From positions 76,508,001-76,572,000 of the forward strand of contig NC_043000.1 of the NCBI RefSeq assembly GCF_006345805.1: 64,000 bases of DNA, written 5' to 3'. The notes below the pieces were generated by a model that saw only the letters and a program-made list of their open reading frames with translations, had not been told where the DNA came from and did no database searches. The stretch's first letter is position 1. Each line of letters begins with the position of its first letter. The stretch comes from Octopus sinensis (taxonomy: Eukaryota). The translations under genes and the position numbers were made by a program. This document shows, piece after piece, positions 48,500 through 62,159 of the stretch.

Positions 48500-49924
48500 G
48501 GAAATCCATAATGAAAACAAAACCACTACAACAAAAAAGTACAGGAAAATCGAAAAATAACACAAACACCGACTTCAGAGGATCGAAACAAGAATATCGG
48601 ACCGCCAGACACCCAAAAACATATGTGGACATGACCTCCGACTCATCTCAAATACAGATTAGAAACCCGTACTCTAAAATACCAAACCTTCATACTACGA
48701 TGAATACACGCACAAAATATAAACAACAACCGTCAAACAAATATTCTACATGGAAGAACACATGGGAAGTAAGACAAACAAAATACAGACAACCATTAAC
48801 CCATAATACTGGACGTCCTAGATGGATTAACACATGGGACGAAAGACAAGTGAAGAACAAACAACACAGAGACTATAATATAAAAAAAAATCATAATGAA
48901 AACTGAAGAAACCCACGGTATATGACCACCAATCCTACACGGCCCAACAAACGTAGATGGGAAAAAGACGACTACTAAGAACAACGAAATATATACAGAC
49001 AACATGAACTGTTCCCTCAATCATAAGGAAATCTTAACCCCAGGAATAGAAATTGGAGACGTCACGGCACAACCCCAGTTTTAGGAAGAAAATACTACAA
49101 CTGCACTCTGGACCCAATACGAAAGAAGTTCCTAATGAACAGAAGAATGTGGAGACAGATTTTTTAAAAATTCCTTTCGTTGAGGTCTCTACTTTAACGA
49201 AAATGACTTGCATCTCTTACTAAAATGTTTGAAATTTACCCCGACACCCAATCCGAATCTCAGAACTAAAAACCGATACTGAGAACTTCAACCGTCACCT
49301 CGACACGAAAGTAGAGGAGGAATAAATTGTAAGAATAAAATATTTCACCCCTTACAAGGGCAGCGATAAACAGCTAGATCTCTTATTATAAAAGGCAGAT
49401 TTTATCTGCCTCCCTTTGTAACTTATAGAAATCTACAATATAGGATTTCTTCAATTACAATTTACCTAGCATTTTTAAGAGTAGAATGCATCGGGTCATG
49501 CCAGGTCCAGTTTTTAAAATTTAAACTCCAATTAAGCAAAATTTACAGAAAACTCACATTCTGGTGTGTATGTCAAATGCTTTTCTTAATGTGGTTTACA
49601 CCACACGCACACGCACACACACAGTGTGCAACGAATAAAATGAAAGTAAATAGCGACAGAGTGATTTGAGGAAGACTAAACTGAAAGTATTTAAACCACT
49701 ACTCAAAAAATAAAAAACACAACAAACAGAAACAAATAAATACATAACGATTTACTCCTCACACAATTTCTTCAATTAGAGTTTACCTAAGATTTTTCAA
49801 AGTACTCCATTCGGTCATGCCATAATATATTTCTTTCAATTTCACCCCCAATTAAGACAAAATTCGAGAAAACTCAATATTTTAACATTTCACTCCGAAA
49901 GCATTGATGTACATGTGTGCGTGC

Positions 49925-50007
<83 letters not shown>

Positions 50008-52635
50008 ATGGGTTGTGCGACACAGAAAGTGTGGTGTGTAAGTGAAGTGCTTTTGTTAGTGTGTGTAAAGAGACAGACAGAGTGAAAGACAGAAATAACT
50101 GAACTTTTTTTATTCACTTTTTGTAGTGAGTGACTGAGAGAGAAAAGAGAGAGAGAGGTTATGTATGTATATATGTATGTATGGCTTTAGTGACACACAC
50201 ACACAAAAACACATACCTACGTACACCTAAAGCACGCACACACACACAAGCGGAGCGCGAACTTCAACATTTTGGTAGTATTAATTTGCGAGCGTACTTC
50301 TAAGCGCGCGTAATTGAAAGTTTTCACTATGATATCATCACGTGCGAAAAAATTCGAAGGGTTTTGAACAATTGAGATACAGATGTCACGCCTGTATTGA
50401 AACCATTGCTAAGCTGCCGTAATTGCTTAATTAAGACTTTGTTTAAATTGAAAGGGGCAAATATGTGACGAGGTTGAAAAAAAATACCCCAGAAAAAAAA
50501 TGTACTGCTGGTATTTATATAATTCACTACTATTTTGCTACAATGTCATGAAAAAGAAAAAATTTAGGTATGTAAATCGAATTCGCCACCCCCTTTTCCC
50601 CCTTCGCGTTTGTGTAAAAAAAATTATTATTTAAGTTTTAAAAATTATTTACTTTGTTCAAAAAATATTATATTAATTAATTTTCAAGAATTATTTAATT
50701 TTATTCTGTAAAATAGTAATTAATTCATTTATCTGTAAATCCGCGAGGTTGTTACTCAGGCACCTAGAATGGTAACCTTCAACTAACACTATCTCCTCCG
50801 AGACCCTGCGGCGCAAGTTGACCAAAATTGAGAGTATGGTAGAAGAAGGGTTGCTCTTCCTTCCGTAGAACATAAAATTCAAATCGGACCATGTTAACAC
50901 CAAAAATTATTTACATCAAAAAGATGCTTTTTTCTATGAAAATCCCTATTTTTTACGATTTTTTCACTGCTGTGTCGCCACTTTTCGGTGTATTTCGACC
51001 AGAAAAATGTTCACAAAATTTTTACTTTTCAAAATTACAATTCCAGCGGGTCGAAACAAACCCGAGCAACGCCGGGCGATACTGCTAGTACATATATAAA
51101 AAAATCTCCAAATTTCCTCTCAGTAACCATAAATGCAAACAGAAACTACATGATGGAGAAAAGGAAGCTTTAGAAAGACTAAAGAACGACAATTCAATCA
51201 TCCTCAAGGAAGCCGACAAGGATGGGGCGCTAGTCATCATGGACATAGACTACTACAAAGACACAATACTAGAAATTTTAGCACTAACCTCTATACCAAC
51301 ACACCGCATACCTTAGGCCTGGAAGCGGTCAAACACTGGGTAGAGAAACGCAGAGGTTGTATAGATGAACGTTTCATTACCAAAGCCACTAGTCTGGTAC
51401 TAGAACAAAACACATTCAGATTTGATAATAAGATATACCGACAGCGAAAGGGCACTGCCATGGGCACGAAATTTGCACCATCATATGCCAACCTAGTCAT
51501 AGGTTATCAAGAAGGTAGACTTTACGTGGAAGTAGGAGAAACTTTTGATAACGACTTCAAAGAAAACATCGGGAAGAAGTGGAAGCGCTACTTCGATGAC
51601 TACTGGGATAGACCAAAGGAAGACTTACAAACATTTCGCAACACCCTCAACACATTGCACCCATCTATCAAATTCACAACAGAAACTAGCTACAATGAAC
51701 TACCATTCTTAGACATTCACATCAAAATACACAACTCCACTATCACAACAGACATATTTTACAAAAAAAAAAACAAACGCACACCGATATTTAAATTTCT
51801 ACTCTTTCCATCCCATACACATCAAAAAGAACATCCCATACAGTATGGCAAAATGCATCTGCACCATAGTAACTGACCCACAAATACGCCAAATTAGACT
51901 TGATGAACTCAAGAGCTTCTCACAAGAACAAACTTACCCTGTGAAACTTCTAAATAATGGAATCTCGAAAGCAATGAAATTAGACATCACGCAACTTAGG
52001 ACTCCAAGAGAAAAAAATCAAGGAACTTACTATTCCATTTATTAACACAGACAACCTTGGAATAACCAATATTGTCCACGTTATACACTCAAACCTACCA
52101 ATACTCTCACAGAGCCCCAAAATGAGAAAACTGATAGACAAAAGCTACCTGCGAAATAATAAACGCCAGGAAAAAAACTCTAATAAACAACTAACAAGAG
52201 CAAAATTCGCATCAGAGAACGAAACAGAATTCTCCGTAAAGGAATGTGGAGACAGAAGATGTGGAATATGCAAAAACAACAATAACTACAAATATATAAA
52301 CGGGGTCACCTACATAAAATTTATGAGTGGATTCTTATTCAAAGTAAAAGCAAATATGAATTGCAAGACGCAAAACCTCATATACTGCCCCAAATGCAAG
52401 GATAATTATACTGGCAAATCCAATAATTCCCTTTGCCAATGCATTAGAATCCACAACAACATATCCGACAAGAGGAGCTACAGAAAATTCCACTGAGCAC
52501 ACATTTCGAAATATGTAGAGAAAGAAAATTCAAAATCTTTCTCTTCTACAAATGCTCAAGGAACGACCCAAATTTCCGAAAAACAATGGAACTACACTTC
52601 ATAAAGAAGTTCGCACCAAAATTGAACGCTTGAAA
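48500..52635 (+). mobile_element. Penelope-like retroelement (N-terminal region, RT, GIY-YIG), degenerate and split by a Helitron
   Basis: LKFTPTPNP (49220); IILKEADK (51195); MGTKFAPSYANL, RYFDD, HPSIKFT...LPFLD; CGDRRCGIC...NCKTQNLIY...YTG. Confidence 0.88.
49379..51088 (+). mobile_element. Non-autonomous Helitron (1710 bp)
   Basis: 5' TC after host A; subterminal ggcagat/atctgcc hairpin. 3' hairpin cccgagcaacgccggg followed by CTAG before host T. No TSD. Confidence 0.9.
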
Positions 52636-53295
52636 AAAAGGAAGCATTTGGAAATATGTGACGAAAAATTCAAAGTTCCGAAAGTTAAGGGAACTATACT
52701 TCACAAAAAAAGTCGTCGATAAAGATTATCATAACTATATCCTTTTTTGAAATTCCTATGAGAATTCTATATGAATTTGATTATATATATGTTAAAGATG
52801 ATCTCAAACCATTACTAAAACCTTTTTACCACATTGTTGTTGGCCCTTGCAAAACACTCCAGATTTGGAAATTCTAAAAGAACAGCTACTTTCACTCTTC
52901 TGTATTTGGCTCTCTTTCTCCTTCAGAAAATTCTAGGTTGGAGCTTTAAAATATATCCAAAACAATTGTGACAGCATTGTGTATTGCATTTTAAAAAAAT
53001 TCGTTTTTGCTGTATGAAGGACAAATACTCGGACAAAAATCAAGGGTAGTGGCTAAAATGACCAAAACTTTCCAAATTTATTGAACCACAGAGATGAATC
53101 TTTAATTATATTAATTAATGATTTTTAAAAAATCCTGTGTACTTATGCATGTGTGGTGTGTGTATGTGTGCACAAATATGAACATGTACATATATAGATG
53201 TCTTTGAGTGTGCGTATGGGTGTGTGTATGTATGTGTGTATATATGTGTGTGTGTGTGGGTATGTGTATGTGTGGGCATGTGTATGTGTATATAC

Positions 53296-53356
<61 letters not shown>

Positions 53357-54480
53357 TGTGTGTGTGTGCATTTATATAATTGCTCTGTGGCATATAGTGA
53401 AATAAAAATTACTCTTTCGAAAACATCTAGAATTTCAATCACAAAAAGTTGACCACATCCATACTACTATTCTTTAATGAATACAAAAGAGCATTTCAAA
53501 TACAAAAAAATTCTTTTTCCTTTCTCTTCTTTTTCTTCCCCTCCTTAAAAGGCCACTAAGTACTAAACAAACAAGTCTGGCCATAAAAAAGCCACGCCTT
53601 TTTACTCTCTCTCCTTCTCAAAAAATGTTTTGTAACTGGATAATTTGGTTGATACCCTGTGTTCACATCTATAAGCATGTTTTCAAAAAACAATGTAAAA
53701 GTTACAAGGACTATAAATTTAGGCGGTATCTCAGGATTAACATACCAACAATTATAACTATAAAGGTGAGGTAATTCTTAAAAGATTTCATATTAATCTT
53801 AAGATATAAAATAAATGGTAAATATGAACATGAAGTTTTATTTATAGGTAGCTGTATTATATAAAGGTTAAAAGTATTTTAATTTAAATACGTATCTTAG
53901 GAATCTGTGATTAATATATTTTAAAAAAAATTAATTAAGTTAAAGATACGTATTAATTCAATAATGGTTTTAATTTAAATAAATTTTGGTTTGTTAACGT
54001 TAGAGTTTTCTTCAATTAAGCTCGTGTATATCTGTTCACACTATTATGTAAACAAATATATTGTTCACAAATATCGATGACGTAATTTTCAGCTATGGTA
54101 ATTTTGTTTTTGTTTTTAAACATATTATACACGCACGTGCACAAATGCATTAAACAAGTTTGCATTTACATATACACAAATAACGGATAAAAAAATAAAT
54201 TGGTTGCTGAAACGCACATATCTAAGTCTAAAGTCAAACAATACATCGGAATGTAGCTCCTTTCTATCAAATCTTTCCCCTGATGAAATACCTAATTAAC
54301 GATATTCAATATGGAAATTTAATTTAATTTCTCAAATTGATTCAATTGGGCATGGGAACAGCTGTAGATGAAATTGAATTTGATATTGTTCAGGATTGTA
54401 TTACGTTCTAATAAATTGATGTCCATATGTTAGCTTCTTTGTTTTCTCTTTCTCATACATAAAAAATGATAAATGATAAA

Positions 54481-54519
<39 letters not shown>

Positions 54520-54536
54520 CACACATATACATATAC

Positions 54537-54633
<97 letters not shown>

Positions 54634-54689
54634 CACATATATATACACGTGTCTGTGTGTTTGTGTATGCTTGTGTGTGTGTGTGTTTA

Positions 54690-54875
54690 TTCCCCCTCCA
54701 TCCGCCTAACATCCAGTGTTGGTTTGTTAATGGTTTGTTAGCGGTTCGGAAAAAGACCGATGGAATAAGTACCAGATATAAAAAATAAGTACTGGGCTCG
54801 ATTTGTTCTACTAAATCCCTTCCAAGGTTGTGAATCCAGTATGGCCGCAATCTGAAACGAATAAAAGATAAAAGT
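54690..54875 (+). mobile_element. Diverged SINE 3' half
   Basis: ttagcggttcgg...gaccgatggaataagtac...tatggccgca...gaaacgaataaaag. Confidence 0.75.
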
Positions 54876-55289
54876 TAATGATTTGGTTCTATTTAACATA
54901 AAACTCATGAGTTTCAGCTACAAAGGGAAGAAAAGGCGTAGATGATTTGGTGTGAGAGTGTTCAGATTAGAAGTAGGAATTGATCAGTTTGTAAAAGACC
55001 GCTGTAGGGAAAATGTGAAATACAAAGTGTAATAGGAAAAGTTAAGAAAAAGCAGAAACGAGTCGAGTGGCTCGTTGGTAAGTGAGGTCGCGCCAACACA
55101 ATCGTCGTTGAAGCGACTGTATATCTCTGGGGTGAGACTGGTAAATTTTAATCGTTTTTGAATCCAACAGCACATTACTAATTGCTCAGTTTTATGATCA
55201 CAAAGGAAATTTATCAATGTGATTAGTCAGACGAAACAATATATTATATCATAGGAGATTTATGAGCTAGTACATTTCATGCTTATTTG

Positions 55290-55735
55290 GTTACTTTGCT
55301 TATGGCAGCCCATCGAAAGTGATGACAGCGTCGAACGAAGGCATTCATTTTCCTCTGCCTCCAGTATATTGTTTCTTATGGGAGTGAACGTGGCTGACAA
55401 GACTGAAACGTGGCACTGAGTGCACTGAAAGTAACTCCCAACAACAGCTGCAGGTGGTTGATGACGACGTCTCCTCTTACCTTCATGCAGTCTCCTACGT
55501 TCGGTTTCAAAGCACTCTACTCTAGCATCACATGCGGACACCCATGCCTTCCGATTAACAGCCAGGAACTCCAAGCGATTGGGAGGGAAACCGCATAAAA
55601 TGAGAGACTGCTTGAGATGATCATGTAAACCAAGTTTTAGACGTCTGTGAGGCCTACTTCCTGTCTCGATCTCGCTGAAGAGGATCATCTTCGGGAGGCA
55701 GTTACCCGGCATCCGAGTCACATAACCAACTCAGT
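55290..55735 (-). mobile_element. RTE-clade LINE 3' fragment
   Basis: RMPGNCLPKMILFSEIETGSRP...DHLKQSL...CTQC; homologous to the C-terminus at 62255-62914. Confidence 0.85.
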
Positions 55736-56493
55736 GGAGAAGAAGATGAAGGATTCAGGCTTCAGTGCTGCAGATCCTAGCCCTCAGGAAGATTGCTCTT
55801 TAGCATTGTCAATTTAATATGGCGTAACGAATTTAATAGAATCCATGTTAAACATTTGGTAGTGTAAACATTTCATTTATCTATTACAGCAAGTTTAAAC
55901 TTGTATATTCATTAAAATTCTATGCATTTGAAAGTATTGAAAAGAAAGAAAAAGAAACAGTACTTTGTACCGTATCACCTACGCCGTGACCGATAAGTAT
56001 GATCAAGAGAAAACTATTGATCTTGTAGTCACGAACATAGTGTGACATATAGTAATTTATTGTGTAGGTAACTAAACTTATCTTTCTATTGATTTAGCTG
56101 CGAGTTAGATTTACCCTTCATTTTTTTTGCCAGTAACAACAGGAACACTCCAGCAGCGTCCATAACAGAAATTCTCAAAATATAAAAGAATAAAATACAA
56201 GGGAAATAATTCTACGCAATCAGATTCAAGGAACATAACTCTTCAGCAGCAAGTGAAGATAACTCTCTCTCAAAAAAGAAAAAAAAAAACGTTTCACATT
56301 TTCATTAGCTACAAACGTATATTTAGGGTGGCAGATGGGATTTGCGGTGTTTTCCGCATAAAACAGATAAATATACATACATCTTCATTTTGCGTATGCA
56401 CATACACAAAATTTGTGTATACTCATCCGTTTATGTATACGCATTCAAATACATTTACGCATATATGAATACGTTAATGCAAACACACATGTA

Positions 56494-56536
<43 letters not shown>

Positions 56537-57016
56537 TCAGCCATTTATGTATACAAATGCAAATACGTTTTATGTTATCACATATACATTTATGTAAATA
56601 CTCATGCACGCACACATACATTTATATATATCTCTGCACATATGTGCGCGTGTATGTATATACATACATGCTTCTATGTATATTTACATATACGTGTGCA
56701 AACATTCATTTATGTGTGTGTGGATATATATATATATATATATATATAATGTATGACAATTATTCGGTAGCCATGATAAAACTCCGAAACTCGGAGTTTT
56801 ATCAAGGCTACAGAATAATTGTCTCATATATTTACAGATAAATTCCTCTATTTACATAATATCGAGGTCTCTTTCATTCTTTTGTTGTCTTGCCATTTCT
56901 ATCAATATATATATGTATATATATATATAGAAATATTATTATTTCTAAGTCTCTCTAAAGGAGACTACGGCAGCGGTACTGGATAGTAACAGTTATCGCC
57001 AAGCTAATATGGCAGT

Positions 57017-57080
<64 letters not shown>

Positions 57081-57927
57081 ATATAATATAAAAGATCACA
57101 TTGGTTAATCACTATCATCAAATGCGAAAGTTACTGCGATATGTTAGGGATTATTGTAGTAATACATATTATTAATATTGAAGGAAAGAAAATGGAGAAA
57201 AATGCATGTATAAATAATTTATTTGTATGGCATCCTTCAAAAGAGAAATGTCAGCCTTAGCTTTATAAGCTCATAATAACCCTGAAGAAGTTCTGCTCCA
57301 TATAGTTAGAGAATGATACCTTTCTTAGGATTTAACCAAATGCTTAGAATTCCATATCAAGTAGGGGTAGTACTCAAACATATATGTAATTTCTTTTTCA
57401 CATTTTGTGCTTTACAACTCTTTCTTAAAACTCATCTCCAGCTAATCGTTGGTGTTCCTTTGGCGGAGGTTTGTTGTTGTTATAGCTATTTTGTTGATTT
57501 TGTTTAGCCTTAGGATTATCCTGATCAAATTGACTTATAAGGTAAGACATTTGTACAGCGACTATGCAGTCTTTTATTTTCAAACTATATGTAGGAGTAC
57601 ATTAGTCAGTATGTCCTCCCTTGCCTAAAACAGTAAGATGTCGTTCCAAAGAGATCTGACTGTTGTGTCTAAGAAGTCGATCGACTATCTGAAAGTACAC
57701 TCGTTACTCAATTCCCTCTTGTGCCATCTCACTTTATTCATATTAAAGAAAGTATGAACATCACATCTCTTCAATTCTCTTCCATAGAAAATCCGAGTTT
57801 TTAATTGTGTTTTGAAGTTAGTTTATCTTCATTGAGATTAACTTCATTTGTTAGTTGAAAAATTAGTTTCATATATTTTCTTTTGTTTTCGTTTTCTTTC
57901 TCAAATATGTTCTATGATATTTGGCAG

Positions 57928-58509
57928 GGTCGGCAGAATGGCAAGAATATATCCGACAAGAGCTGCAGAGGGAGCTAGAGGCAAAAGTAAGAGCAGTTCT
58001 GAAGACTCCACCCATTGAACGTCTGCAGAAACTTCGTGAAAAAATCCAGCAGCAGAAGAAAGACAACAAACCAAATGTGATGCAATTCAACGACAAACTT
58101 TTGATACACTGGATCAGCTCCAAAGAACAACAGGAAAATGAAGAGCGGGAACAACAAGAAAAACAAGAGCGTCTTCACAGAAATCAACAGTTAATGACAA
58201 AACAGAGAACTTTACCATCTTTCACTTACAACATTCCTCCTTTATTTCAACCGTTCGTGAAGAATGAAAACTCAGTCATAGGATATCGGCGGTACTTCGA
58301 TGCTGAATGTAACATCCCGGAGCCAATTATGGATCGTCTGTATCGCAATCTGGAACCACCAAATACTTTTCGACCCGTGGAAAATTTCTGTAAACTACAA
58401 AATGAGTTTGGATTCAAATGGCCAGATTCTCTCGGTCCTTTATTGCCGTCGGTCAAGTTCCAGAATGGTACGAAGCATCTATCTGAACCCCTGTCCAACT
58501 ACTTAGCAG
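57928..58509 (+). CDS. Internal coding exon (~194 codons) of an unidentified host gene; coiled-coil-like N-terminal half
   Basis: Long stop-free, non-repetitive frame. Polypyrimidine tract and CAG acceptor at 57927; donor G|GTTAG at 58510; both boundaries phase 1. Confidence 0.75.
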
Positions 58510-58578
58510 GTTAGAAGAGTTTCTTGCTTTTCTTTCTTTATATTTCTTAATTTTCGTCTCTTTTTTTTATTTACAAAG

Positions 58579-58613
58579 ATGGAGTTGTAGAAACAGTAGA
58601 CTACCTGCTTTAA
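58579..58613 (+). CDS. Probable terminal coding exon (DGVVETVDYLL*)
   Basis: 69-nt pyrimidine-rich intron 58510-58578 ending ttacaaag; the in-frame continuation reaches TAA. Confidence 0.55.
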
Positions 58614-59716
58614 TTTATGGTAACATTTAGTTAAATTCTGAGATCAAATACTGCCGAGGGCCTCATGTTACCTTTCATCACTTCACTATCGATAAGAGAT
58701 AATCAGTTATATTTTGATGCCGATTCTTTCTATAATATACCTTTCTTACAAATTTGTGATTAGTATTCGGTTTGATAATTTTTATTAGGTATATCTATGC
58801 TATTTTGTTATTTGTTAACATTATTAAAATTGAAATTTATTGTAAACACACTGTGGTTTCTATATCATTCTAAGTTATTAGATGTGTCTTCAGTTAAAAT
58901 TACTGGTTGTCCCATATGAAATCAGTTAGTCAGACAATCATTCAATCTATTTTTGTCTATTGAGAACCTTTATTTCGGATATTAAAAATTATAGATTATT
59001 TTGAAAGTTACCAGATTTTGTTTTAGGCGAAACATTAAGATAGAGTCATTATGTCTACATATTTGTTATACAGGTATCACTAACCTGGTTTTGCAACACA
59101 CTCTATTCACAAACAATACACAAAGAAAACCTCACTAATCACTACAAATGTTTAGGACCCCATTTTCTAAAGATGTTTCATAATGTTGATCTTACTGCAT
59201 CATTCAAGCCCGGTTTACTATTTCATGGCCAGGAAATGGTTCATCTCTGACCAATCAACCGTTGATTTACAGACATCATGTTCTTTTTTGTTTGCCTCAG
59301 TCTGAAATTACAATTATATTCCTCTTAACAACAATTGCTATATTTCAACGAGTTCATCTAGTTTGCCTTCTCTATTACTGTCGCTCCAAACATTTCAAAT
59401 TTGTCTGTCTCCTCTGGTGTCATCGGAACCAACAGATATACAAACGAGTCAATTAAAGAAAGCCTTAACACGGTAGCACGGCTTATAAGAATAGCAGCCA
59501 AATCTCCTCATTCACAAACTATCGTCTTATAAAAGGGTAAATATTGAATAATATTGTACAGGAGAGAATAATATGTGAGAACAAAAGATAGAAAGATCAT
59601 GACTAGAGTGTCTTAGTTCGTAGGTCTGCTAGATGAGAGTTGAATTGGAAGACGGAAGAAAAGGAGGAGGAGAATAAAAACATCCTCCTCCTCCTCGTTG
59701 TCGTCGTCGTCATCAT

Positions 59717-59769
<53 letters not shown>

Positions 59770-60180
59770 CCATCATCATCATCACCAACAGCAACAAGGG
59801 GGTTGATTTTATATACATTTGAACGGGTTTATTATTTTGTATAAATTTTGTCGCAGCTTACTTGAGTGGTAGATTTAATCTGTCACCTGGCACAATGTGA
59901 GTTCTTTAGCAGAGTTCGTTGTAAGCATATGGGCCAGGTGTTTAGCTTCCCTCCTGATCTGAAGATAAAAAATATGCATATAATCAATCAAGTATACATA
60001 TATACATGCATATATGCACATATGCATGCATACATGCAAACATACGTCCTAAAGTACATACGTACATACGCATATTAATATATACATGAATGCATCCATC
60101 CATACATTCATATATACATTTATGCACACATCTATTCATATATCTGCTATATAAATGAAAGTGTATGTGTGTATGTCGCC

Positions 60181-60300
60181 GAGAAAGGCTCCAAAAGCAA
60201 AACAGATTTAATATGTTTCGAAGACAGCATATTTTTATTCCAAAGGAATAAAAGGTACATTATGCAATCTTCTCATCAGGAAAGATAAGGAGCCTCTCTC
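60181..60300 (-). ncRNA. Structured repeat containing a degenerate hammerhead core
   Basis: Minus: CTGATGA-GAAGA...gcata...hairpin...tatgc...TCTTC-GAAA-catatta, enclosed by a 12-bp outer stem gagagaggctcc/ggagcctttctc. Stems I and III imperfect. Confidence 0.45.
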
Positions 60301-60774
60301 GACCACAAGACGAACAAAAATTTCGATGATTGCCTACATGGTGATCACAGCGATAATGAGTGTTTTTTTTTCACACCACTGCCATAGACAGAGTCTTTCC
60401 TACGCCTCCGAACATTCTTTCAATCAACGTTCACTTCCTCTTCCCTAACTATTATTCCTTACATATTCCATTGCTGCTACATATCTTTGGCGTATGCTTA
60501 TCTCTCTCTCTCTCTCGCACACAAAATCAAACACACAGACACAAATTTCCCCCTTACTACTATGTATATTTGACGTATGTCTCTATCTCACTCACACAAT
60601 CACACACACAGACACAAATGCAGTTATATACACACACACGTACACACACACAAACACTCGCACTCATTAATACAAGCGCACACCTGCACATCTCCATACA
60701 TACAGCAAACATACTGTCCCCTACCTATTTTTACTTCCTCCTTTTACCCATTTTTGACGTCAATGCTTATAATA

Positions 60775-60845
<71 letters not shown>

Positions 60846-61024
60846 TGTATGTATGTATGTATGTATGTATGTATGTATGTATGTATGTATGTATGTATGT
60901 ATGTATGTATGTATGTATGTATGTATGCATGTATGTATGTATGTATGTATATACGCACATACGCCTTCTCCCCGACATACGACCGAGCTCCGTTCCGACT
61001 GACAGGTCATAAGTTGATCTCGTC

Positions 61025-61072
<48 letters not shown>

Positions 61073-62159
61073 ATATATATATATATATATATAATAGCAA
61101 TATTTAACACATCGCTACGTACGTTTCCACAAATCAGATGATCTTGACATCAGAGTTGGGATTTCACGAGTATGCAATATATGCCTTGAAGAAATAATAA
61201 CATTCAGGGAAAACGTGATAAATAGACACTTTGAGATGGTCATATCATGCAAGCATAGAAACAAAATATCATTCATGGGATTTAAAAAATATATTTTGGA
61301 AACAAGTCACAAATCATTGAATAGTGAAGGAACTCAAACAAATAATTGAAAATATCAATGTTTAAGATGGCACACACTACTACAACAGCAGAAAATAGTG
61401 AAAAAGTCACCATAAGAGGGGCGGTATTAATTCAATCAACAAACTTTACTGTGTAGCAACTGATCACCTGTTGGGTTCAGAATTTAATGAGAGTCAAGTC
61501 ATGAATGAAATAGAATGAACTAGAGCAAAGTAATGCCCTTAAATCTACTGAATGAATGACCAGCCTTAGAATCTGCAGAATGAATAGCAAGTAAATCCAA
61601 CACCACCACAAACACAACCATCTCCATATTACTACCATTCCTTCCTCTACTACCATAACCTACCCCCCTACTAAGTACATACAGAAATACTCACATAGCT
61701 AAATTGGCCTTCATTCTGGCAAGAAGGGATAAACATTCCTCTGTGATACATCCAATTATACAGTTTCGTCTGATGATGGATTAATGATGATGCTCACGGA
61801 TAATGCGGACTATACTGTACTAATCCCAAGGATACCGACTCTGATGTCAAAATCTCTGGTCTGTGGAAACGTACGTATTAAATATTTATAAATTCCATCC
61901 TGGTATTATTGTTATTATATTCATCCCACATTGTATCGGTATAACCATGATGCAACCCCGTAAATCTGACCTACTTGTCAGTATCATTAAACGGTAAGCC
62001 GGCATAATGAAATAGGAGGTTTATTTGCATACTCCTAACGTAACCTAAACGAATTTAAAAGATGTATAAATATGTATGTGTGAGTGTATGCATATACATA
62101 CATACATACATACATACATACATACATACATACATACATACATACATACATACATACAT

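Noticed and set aside
54275-54330. CTGATGA...GAAA on plus
   Set aside because: No stem I, II or III pairing.
57508-57760. Small exon candidates upstream of the 57928 exon
   Set aside because: Their donors are phase 0 in the only open frames, incompatible with the phase-1 acceptor; they could be UTR exons but this is unsupported.
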